Under the pieces are notes generated by a model. The model was not told the DNA's origin and ran no database searches. It was given only the letters and a program-made list of their open reading frames with translations. From Patescibacteria group bacterium (GTDB taxonomy: Bacteria > Patescibacteriota > Minisyncoccia > Moranbacterales > UBA2206), in the NCBI GenBank assembly GCA_030837625.1, contig JAUPKF010000005.1, forward strand, positions 1 to 60,138: DNA of 60,138 bases, written 5' to 3'. Positions 38,104 through 45,238 of this stretch are shown here, piece by piece. Positions within the stretch are counted from its first letter, which is position 1; each line of letters begins with the position of its first letter. Position numbers and translations under genes: made by a program.

Positions 38104-38754
38104 ATGAAAAAACAAAAAAACAAGAATTCTATCTCGAAAAACAAACTCAACGGGGTTTCCCTGATTGAGGTTTTGGTTGTGATCGCGATAATCGCCATCC
38201 TGTCCAGCGTAATTTTGGTGAGCCTGAAACGTTCGCTTACCAAAGCGGAATACGCCGAAGCCCAGATGCAGTTGAAGACACTGACAAACTTGATTGCCGA
38301 GTTGGAATTAGATACGGGGAAAAGTCTGGGGGGACATCCTTTGGCGGAAGTTGATTGCACGGAAAATAGGGAGATATATTTTAATGTTTGTGCGGCCGGT
38401 TTTCTTGATGTTGATGAATGTGACGACGACGAAAATAGATCCAAAGATGCCGGAGGAGTATATAGGGATGATCCTCGCGACGTGTTTGATAACTGGGCGG
38501 GTCCTTATTTAAATTCTTTTCCCCGGGATCCCTGGGGAACAAATTATTACTTTGATCCGGATTATATGTGCAACAGTGGGCTAAAACAGAAAGGATGTGA
38601 GGGATATTATGGCAGGCAAGTTAGAGCAATTGTTTCTTTTGGACCCAATAAAGTAAACAACTACAACTGGATGGGTAATGTCGGTGCTCCCCATGCTACC
38701 AGTGATGACATTGTTTATGTCCTGTGCGCGGGCGGGTCTCACAGCTATCCATAA
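38104..38754 (+). CDS. type IV pilin / GspG-like pseudopilin, copy 2
   Basis: G|VSLIE; FPRDPWG; C-terminus shared with copy 1. Confidence 0.88.
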   Translation: MKKQKNKNSISKNKLNGVSLIEVLVVIAIIAILSSVILVSLKRSLTKAEYAEAQMQLKTLTNLIAELELDTGKSLGGHPLAEVDCTENREIYFNVCAAGFLDVDECDDDENRSKDAGGVYRDDPRDVFDNWAGPYLNSFPRDPWGTNYYFDPDYMCNSGLKQKGCEGYYGRQVRAIVSFGPNKVNNYNWMGNVGAPHATSDDIVYVLCAGGSHSYP

Positions 38755-38851
38755 ATAAGTATTATTATGCTTTTTAGCTAGTTGTTTTTTAGTAGATGCA
38801 AAAGAGCTTGAAAAGCTTTTTTTATTTGCCTTTTTGTGCTAGGATATTGTT

Positions 38852-40939
38852 ATGCCAGATAGCATATTAAGTCAGATATTATTTTATATTTCAGCCGCTT
38901 TTGTCCTGTTTTTGCCGGGATATTTTTTGCTTGGAGTAGTTTTTAAGAAGAATAACGCTTTAGAACCGCTGGAAAAATTTATTGTTTCTTTTGGCTTGAG
39001 TATCGTCAGCGTCGATTTTATTTTTTTTCTTTATTCCCGGCTGAATATTCCCATCACGCAAACGTCGGCAATTGTTGGAATCGGAGTTTTTGTTCTGATA
39101 TGCTTTATCCTTGCCGGAGTCTCTCGAAGAGGACTCCGACAAGCCGCCGAGCCGTCGGAGTCCCTTTCAGGAGACTCCGACAAGGAAAGAAGAAGCTCTG
39201 GAACATTGATTCGTATGTCCGGCATCCGTAGCGCCGGTTCACGACGCGATAGCGGAGTGAATAACTTATTTCATTTTTCCAAAAACCAATTCATTCTCAT
39301 CTTGCTCTTGCTATTCTTGACGGTTTTCATTAAAACCGCCTACCTTTCCGGCACGATCGCGCCGACCGCCACCGATATGGGACATCATATGTATTGGGCG
39401 AAATGGCTGGCTCAGAATCATCAACTTCCGACTTATGAAGGAATGCCGGATTTTATCATCGGCGAACATATCATTTTTGGCGTCATAAGTCTGATAAGCG
39501 GCGCCGATTTTTTCTCGGCTTTTCCGGCGATTGTTTTATATCTGATAAATATTTTAAGCATCTTGACTGTCTTTATTTTGGTTTTGCGTATTTTCAAGAA
39601 TAAGACTGTCGCCATTTTATCTTTGTTCTTTTTAGGCGCGCTTTACGCCGTGTCTTCGCCGCAAGCCAAGTTTGTCAGCGGCGGCGTAATCGGAAACGTG
39701 ATGGGAAACTATTTTATGCCCCTGGCTTTTTATTTTTATTATCGAGCGCTTGAGTTCCTGAATGTAGGGGTTCAATTTATTGAACCCGAAAAACCAAAAG
39801 GGCTTGATAAATCAAACCCCTACGGTAAATCGTTATGTGACAGCAGGAAATTCTTATCCCTCGCTATTTTCACCACATTTGGTCTTTTCTACACCCACCA
39901 CTTGACTTCTTTCATCTTTCTTTTTGTTTTATTATTCTTTGTCCCCTTCTTTATTCTGATTAATTTTAAAAACATTAAGGAAATACTCAACCGCGCGCGG
40001 CCTGTCGTATTTTCACCGGCTGTCATCGGCACTTTTGTTTTAGGCTTGGTGTTTTTCTTTTTTATTTTCACGCCCACTTACGTCAATCCGGAAGCGGTGG
40101 ACACGGCGGTCGGCACGGCGGTGAAGTCCACCCGCACCGGGCTTACGCTGGAAAATATAAAGCTCACCGTCGGGGAGCCGCGTTTTGTTTTGGGGTTGAT
40201 AGGATTGCTGTTTCTAGTCTTGACTTATTTATACCCGCGCGAATTCGATAAAGATAGAAAAAATTTAGGATACGCACTGATCGTGTCCTGGTTGGTTACG
40301 CTTTTTATAATGTCGATGAAACCCAACTGGTTGTTTGTCGATATCCCCAGCGCCCGGATCGGAAATTACTTGAGCTATCCCTTGGCGATACTTTCCGCTT
40401 ATGCTTTGTACTGCACTTTTAATTCCAACTCAAAGCTTTTTGGCGAAAAAATTTCTTCCCGCGTTCCGCAAGCGCTCTTTTCCGGCGCGCTTTTGCTTTT
40501 CGTTATTTTTTCCTTCGCTCCTGGACTGGATGATTCGGCCGGCGCTTTCAAAACGCAAAACGCCGGAGAGGAAACCGTCCAGACCTTCTCCGCCTCGAAA
40601 TATCTGGCGGAAAAATCTTCTGTTTCCAATATGCTTCTCAAAGATCATAACTACATCACGGCCGACTCCTGGATAAAATTGTTTTTCATGAGAGAATATA
40701 AGTATCCCCTGTCCCGCGGATATTTCAAGCGCTACGAAGATCCGCTTAACCCTCGCGAGATGTGCACTCTCTGGATGATCGGCAGTCCGGCTTCCGCCGA
40801 TTCCCAAAAATGTTTTTCCGAAACCGGCGTCAATTTCGTGATGGTCAACCCGCGCTACGACAGCGCGCAATTTCAGAAATTGGATGAGTTTGATGAGGTT
40901 TATGTGAATGATGAAATAAATATTTTTTATAGAAAATGA
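38852..40939 (+). CDS. large multi-TM protein, probable GT-C fold, DUF1616-like N-terminus
   Basis: FLPGY.LL...LEKF..SFGLSI; TDMGHH.YW loop; more than 12 TM segments; soluble C-terminal domain. Confidence 0.65.
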   Translation: MPDSILSQILFYISAAFVLFLPGYFLLGVVFKKNNALEPLEKFIVSFGLSIVSVDFIFFLYSRLNIPITQTSAIVGIGVFVLICFILAGVSRRGLRQAAEPSESLSGDSDKERRSSGTLIRMSGIRSAGSRRDSGVNNLFHFSKNQFILILLLLFLTVFIKTAYLSGTIAPTATDMGHHMYWAKWLAQNHQLPTYEGMPDFIIGEHIIFGVISLISGADFFSAFPAIVLYLINILSILTVFILVLRIFKNKTVAILSLFFLGALYAVSSPQAKFVSGGVIGNVMGNYFMPLAFYFYYRALEFLNVGVQFIEPEKPKGLDKSNPYGKSLCDSRKFLSLAIFTTFGLFYTHHLTSFIFLFVLLFFVPFFILINFKNIKEILNRARPVVFSPAVIGTFVLGLVFFFFIFTPTYVNPEAVDTAVGTAVKSTRTGLTLENIKLTVGEPRFVLGLIGLLFLVLTYLYPREFDKDRKNLGYALIVSWLVTLFIMSMKPNWLFVDIPSARIGNYLSYPLAILSAYALYCTFNSNSKLFGEKISSRVPQALFSGALLLFVIFSFAPGLDDSAGAFKTQNAGEETVQTFSASKYLAEKSSVSNMLLKDHNYITADSWIKLFFMREYKYPLSRGYFKRYEDPLNPREMCTLWMIGSPASADSQKCFSETGVNFVMVNPRYDSAQFQKLDEFDEVYVNDEINIFYRK
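39115..39181. repeat. paired GGAGTC...GACTCC hairpins in frame
   Basis: GGAGTCTCTCGAAGAGGACTCC and GTCGGAGTCCCTTTCAGGAGACTCCGAC. Confidence 0.7.
39764..39823. repeat. 60-bp inverted GTAG-REP pair (BIME-like) in frame
   Basis: GTAGGGGTTCAATTTATTGAACCC...GGGCTTGATAAATCAAACCCCTAC. Confidence 0.8.
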
Positions 40940-41298
40940 CAACGGGAGTGCAACAAAGAAATATCATAATTTTTGTAATCGTCCTTTTCCTTGCCAGTTC
41001 CATCTGGCTTTTTTCCGTTGCCGAAAAATACACCGACCCTGACTACCAAAAAAGCTGGTGGGCGGTTTATTTTGCCGATCCAAAAGGCGGCAGTTTGGAT
41101 TTTGTCATTGAAAATCACAGCGACAAAACCGATTTTCATTATGTAATTTTATCCGGTAATCAGAAATTGAAAGAAGATAGTGTAAAAATAGAAAAAGGCT
41201 CCCAAATAGAGCTTGGCTCTACCCAAGCGGATTCGGGAAAAATTACCATCCAAGTTTCAAGTGAAGAAGAGAAAAAGGAAATATACAAGAATTTATGA
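40936..41298 (+). CDS. membrane-anchored beta-rich hypothetical protein
   Basis: N-terminal TM; 4-bp overlaps with both neighbours. Confidence 0.7.
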   Translation: MTTGVQQRNIIIFVIVLFLASSIWLFSVAEKYTDPDYQKSWWAVYFADPKGGSLDFVIENHSDKTDFHYVILSGNQKLKEDSVKIEKGSQIELGSTQADSGKITIQVSSEEEKKEIYKNL

Positions 41299-42419
41299 AA
41301 AAAATACTTTTAGTCACCCGCCCTATCGCTCCGCCTTGGGACGAGGGGTCGAAAAATTTTGCGTACTCGCTGGCTAAAAATTTGCCGGCTGGTTTGGACG
41401 TGAATTTAATGGGAACAAAAGAAAATTTGCCGGAACTGCCTCAAAATGTCCGCCGGCATCCGGTTTACACAACATCAAAAATCGCTGATTTTAATTTGGA
41501 ACAAAAATTAAGAGCGTTGTATTTTCAGTGGAAAACTCGCGGACAGTTTGACATTAATCATTATTTTTTCACTCCTACCAGATTAAATTCGTTCTTGATA
41601 AAAAATTTTTTAAGTTCAAAAAATACCAAAACAGTTCAAACCGTCGCCACGCTGCGCGAAGATTTGTGGTCGGATGAGGATATAAAGAAACTGATGTTTT
41701 CTGATTTAATCATCACCTATTCTGATTATTCCAAAAATAAATTAAACGAGCTCGGATTTCAAAATGCCGAAAGAGTCTATCCGGGAATCGATCTTTCTGA
41801 ATATGCCAACGCCGAGAAAAATGAAAAGCTTCTCAATGAATATAACCTTACGAAGTCCGACTTCGTAATAAATTCTACCGGCGAATACGTCCGCCTGGGC
41901 GCCATTGATGCGGTGATTGATAGTTTCGTTGAAGTCGCCAAAAAAATTCCCGAAGCCAGGTTGTCTTTGGCCGTACGGATCAAAAACGAAAAAGACGCTG
42001 CCAAGAAGGATGAGATAATTAAAAAATTAAAAAAACATAATTTGCTTGATCGCGTAGCGTTTCATGATGACGGAGCGTATCAAATGAAAGACATCTACAG
42101 CCTTTGCGACGTGAGCGTTTTCCCGGTGGAAAATATGCATGGGAAATTCGACGTGCCGCTGGCTGTCATTGAAGCGATGGCTTGCGAAAAACCCGTGATT
42201 CTGTCCGACATTCCAATTCTGCGCGAGTTCGCAAACGAGAAAAATTCTGTTACAATAGAAAAAGGCAATGCAGCGGCTCTGGCGCAAGCAATTCTGGATC
42301 TATACGCCCACCCCGAAAAACGCGCGGAGATCGGCCGCGAAGCCAGAAAGTACGCGAAAGAGAATTTTGATATCAAAAAAGTCGCGGGGATTTACAATGA
42401 TATTTACGAAACACTGTAA
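41295..42419 (+). CDS. GT4 glycosyltransferase
   Basis: PPWDEG, YPGID, VPLAVIEAMACEKPVI. Confidence 0.88.
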   Translation: MKKILLVTRPIAPPWDEGSKNFAYSLAKNLPAGLDVNLMGTKENLPELPQNVRRHPVYTTSKIADFNLEQKLRALYFQWKTRGQFDINHYFFTPTRLNSFLIKNFLSSKNTKTVQTVATLREDLWSDEDIKKLMFSDLIITYSDYSKNKLNELGFQNAERVYPGIDLSEYANAEKNEKLLNEYNLTKSDFVINSTGEYVRLGAIDAVIDSFVEVAKKIPEARLSLAVRIKNEKDAAKKDEIIKKLKKHNLLDRVAFHDDGAYQMKDIYSLCDVSVFPVENMHGKFDVPLAVIEAMACEKPVILSDIPILREFANEKNSVTIEKGNAAALAQAILDLYAHPEKRAEIGREARKYAKENFDIKKVAGIYNDIYETL

Positions 42420-42553
42420 AAAAATTACAAATCACAAATTACAAATCACAAATAAATTCAAAATTCAAATATCGAATTTCCAAATTGGTTTTGAGTTTTG
42501 GAAATTGTAATTTTGGATTTATTTGGAATTTGGTGCTTATAATTTGAGATTTT
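42419..42553. repeat. heptamer hairpin element (opposite orientation to 9957/22842)
   Basis: contains TTATTTGGAATTTGGTGCTT, the reverse complement of AAGCACCAAATTCCAAATAA. Confidence 0.8.
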
Positions 42554-42562
42554 GGACTGTTT

Positions 42563-44065
42563 ATGTCTCAATACAACCTAACAACTTTATCCGATCATAA
42601 GAAAGAACTAAAAACGGACAAAATGAAAGTTCCGGCGGTTTTTTTTATGAGCGATGAGCTACTCCCACAAGACGACACTTTTGCCAAAATGGAAGACGTC
42701 GCTTCCAATGAAAATACCCTCTTTCGCAGTTTGGTCGCTATGCCGGATGTTTGCTCGAAACCCGGCCGGAAAAACGCCTCCGGCACCACGGTTGTTTCGG
42801 AAAACTATATTTTACCCCAAGTTAACGATTCGGATCCGAACTGCGGAATGCGCTTAGTTAGAACTAACTTAACGGAAAAAGATTTGTCTTCGGAAAAAGT
42901 TGACAAATTATTTCAAGAGCTGGTAAAAGTTGTTCCTACTAAAAAATTTGTCGGCACCAGGATTCCTTTTGACGTCGTGGTCGATATTTGCCGCAAAGGA
43001 ACTTCCGCCATAATCGAACATCTCGGAATCAAAACTAAAAAAGAACTTGAGAATACTCAGAATGGCGGAAATTTCTTCTCCAAAGAAATGACACGGCAAG
43101 ATATTTTTGATGTTATCCCCAAACTTTATTTGTTTTTCGCCAAATATCGCCTGGGAATTCTGGGAGCGGCGGGGAATCACTTTTTGGATCTTATGAAAGT
43201 AGGTGAAATTATTGATCCTCAACTGGCTGAAAAATTCGGAGTAAAAAAGGGTCAGTATCTTTTTATGATCCACACCGGATCGGGAATTCTCGGTCAATAC
43301 ACGATGTACACCCATACCGCGAAAAAACGAGAACATTTATCGCAAGCTCTTATGGTAACTCTTGGAAAAATGACCTTCAACTCCCAAAAGAAAGATACCT
43401 ATAAAAAAATGCAAAAAATTATAAAAAGTCATATGTGTGGTGATAATTCTCTTTTAAAATATGCCGCCAAAGGAGCTGACGGAGAATTGTATATGAACGC
43501 CCGGGCGGCCGCTTCGAACTTTGGTACGGCTAATCGCGCCGTCATTACTCATAATATTTCAGAAGCAACAAAAAAGATTATCGGCAAAGACCCGGAAATG
43601 GATTTGATCTACGATATGCCCCATATCTCAATAACTGAGGAAGAGCATTTTGGCAAAAATGTGTTTGTTCATCGAAGTAATACCTCGAGAGCGTATGGTC
43701 CGGGCAAAATGTCCCATCATCCTGTTTACGAAGAAACCGGCGAACCCGTTTTTATTCCATCTTCTATGAGCACCCCGGCCTATCTTTGCGTCGGCACGGA
43801 CAAAAATGAAGAAAGTTTCTACTCCGCCCCGCACGGCACCGGCAAAGGAACCAATCAAAAGGAGAAATACATTTCCACTAAGGAAGAATTGTTCGCCAAA
43901 ATGGAGACCAAGGGCGTACGGCTCTACAATGCCCGATCATCCATCGTGGTCAACCAGGACAGTGCCCGCTACAAAAATATCGATAAAGTTATGGAAGGAG
44001 TCGAAGCCAACGGCATCGCGCATGTCGTGGCGAAAATGGAACCGGTGGCGGTTTTGATGTACTGA
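42563..44065 (+). CDS. rtcB: divergent RtcB-family protein
   Basis: MPD, D-P-NCGMRL.RTNL, GNHF, HTGS, YD.PH, HR...RA, P.SM, HGTG, YKNID.V. Confidence 0.85.
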   Translation: MSQYNLTTLSDHKKELKTDKMKVPAVFFMSDELLPQDDTFAKMEDVASNENTLFRSLVAMPDVCSKPGRKNASGTTVVSENYILPQVNDSDPNCGMRLVRTNLTEKDLSSEKVDKLFQELVKVVPTKKFVGTRIPFDVVVDICRKGTSAIIEHLGIKTKKELENTQNGGNFFSKEMTRQDIFDVIPKLYLFFAKYRLGILGAAGNHFLDLMKVGEIIDPQLAEKFGVKKGQYLFMIHTGSGILGQYTMYTHTAKKREHLSQALMVTLGKMTFNSQKKDTYKKMQKIIKSHMCGDNSLLKYAAKGADGELYMNARAAASNFGTANRAVITHNISEATKKIIGKDPEMDLIYDMPHISITEEEHFGKNVFVHRSNTSRAYGPGKMSHHPVYEETGEPVFIPSSMSTPAYLCVGTDKNEESFYSAPHGTGKGTNQKEKYISTKEELFAKMETKGVRLYNARSSIVVNQDSARYKNIDKVMEGVEANGIAHVVAKMEPVAVLMY

Positions 44066-44069
44066 ATCC

Positions 44070-44151
44070 TTTACTAATTACGAATCAAGTACGAATATAC
44101 TAATCGGAATTCGTACATTCGTATATTAGTAAGAGATTAGTAATTCGTAAA
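44070..44151. repeat. TACGAAT heptamer hairpin between rtcB-like and tmk-like genes
   Basis: TTACTAATTACGAAT...ATTAGTAATTCGTAA arms. Confidence 0.8.
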
Positions 44152-44158
44152 GAATATC

Positions 44159-44833
44159 ATGAAGCTTATCACAATTTCAGGATTAGACGGAAGCGGAAAG
44201 TCGACACAAATAAAGTTATTGCAAGATTATTTGGAGCAAAAAGGTTCCAGAGTTTTTTATTTTCACGCGATCCAATTTGGTTTGGCGAAAAAAATCACTG
44301 ATTTCAGGAATAAATATTGTTTGATATGCAAGCTTTTGGGAAAGTGCAAAGTCTATCAAGAAAAAAGCGTGACACGTGCCAACGCCTGGCAAATATTTTT
44401 GCGGAAATTATTCTTACGGATTGACATTTGGCGGTTTAAGTTGTTACGTAACCAGTTGCGTAACAAAAATTATGATTATATTTTGAGCGATAGATATTTT
44501 CATGACAGCGTGGTGAATATCGAGTATTTATGTCATCCCCGTGAAAACGGGGATCCAGTCTCGGGACTTAAATTTTTTACACTAGATTCCCGCCTGCGCG
44601 GGAATGACATAGAGAAACCCGGTCTGGCCATTTACATCCAAACTTCCCCGGAAACCATTATGCGGCGCGAGCGCGTGCCAGATCAGGGATTGGAATATCT
44701 CAAAAAGAAAAAAGAATTATACGACGCTAAAATTGACGAATGGGGATTGAAAGTTGTGGATGGGAGTAGAGATAAAAATGTTATTTTTGAAGATATTAAA
44801 AATTTGATAAAAAAAGTCGGTTCAGGTCTCTGA
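44159..44833 (+). CDS. thymidylate-kinase-like P-loop kinase
   Basis: ISGLDGSGKSTQ, ILSDRY, VVDG. Confidence 0.8.
   Translation: MKLITISGLDGSGKSTQIKLLQDYLEQKGSRVFYFHAIQFGLAKKITDFRNKYCLICKLLGKCKVYQEKSVTRANAWQIFLRKLFLRIDIWRFKLLRNQLRNKNYDYILSDRYFHDSVVNIEYLCHPRENGDPVSGLKFFTLDSRLRGNDIEKPGLAIYIQTSPETIMRRERVPDQGLEYLKKKKELYDAKIDEWGLKVVDGSRDKNVIFEDIKNLIKKVGSGL
44531..44609. mobile_element. 79-bp dRS3-like palindromic element in frame
   Basis: TGTCATCCCC...GGGAATGACA; translates CHPRENGDP...DSRLRGND. Confidence 0.85.
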
Positions 44834-44907
44834 CCTGAACCGAAAAGGTTCTGAAAGCGGCTTGTTTTTAAGAACTGCGCGGTTCAAGTCTGGAGACTTG
44901 AACCGAC
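44816..44907. repeat. inverted pair of GTCGGTTCA hairpins (BIME-like)
   Basis: GTCGGTTCAGGTCTCTGACCTGAACCGA ... CGGTTCAAGTCTGGAGACTTGAACCGAC. Confidence 0.75.
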
Positions 44908-44912
44908 GCTAG

Positions 44913-45155
44913 TTATTTAAGACCGATTACTAAAGTCCAAGACGGCTTGAATAGCCGTTTCCCGTCTCTTTCCCTTACGATTTCAAATTCTCGTTCGTTC
45001 TCCGTAGTTGAACGTCCAGTTTTTCTCCACACATCGACGCTATGATGGCCACTTATTTTCAGGTCATCGACAAGTATCATCTTATAAAGCCCTGGTTTAT
45101 CAAGGCACGTCCCTGTGTATATCAATTCTTTTACTTCAGTATGAATATGATCCAT
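44913..45155 (-). CDS. 80-aa hypothetical protein antisense to the operon
   Basis: perfect SD AGGAGGTA upstream (+ strand TACCTCCT at 45163-70); fills the intergenic gap. Confidence 0.65.
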   Translation of the reverse strand: MDHIHTEVKELIYTGTCLDKPGLYKMILVDDLKISGHHSVDVWRKTGRSTTENEREFEIVRERDGKRLFKPSWTLVIGLK

Positions 45156-45238
45156 TGTTGCTTACCTCCTTGGAATAAAAAGAACATCAAAAGTTTCGCC
45201 ATTAATATAACATAGTAGTCTAAAATATAGTTCAAATT

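Noticed and set aside
36750-38754. Diversity-generating retroelement (TR/VR pair)
   Set aside because: Differences between the copies involve all bases and are mostly synonymous third positions rather than adenine-specific; no reverse transcriptase or Avd gene is in the window.
12877-44065. ThpR + RtcB RNA-repair operon
   Set aside because: The genes are ~29 kb apart in unrelated contexts, with no RtcA or archease.
42563-44065. Intein in RtcB
   Set aside because: The length (~500 aa) and continuous motif order leave no room, and there are no intein terminal motifs.
31993-44609. In-frame hairpins as introns spliced by the RtcB-like protein
   Set aside because: All host frames are open, so splicing is not needed, and I saw no shared bulge-helix-bulge motif or endonuclease. 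RT-PCR would be required to reconsider.
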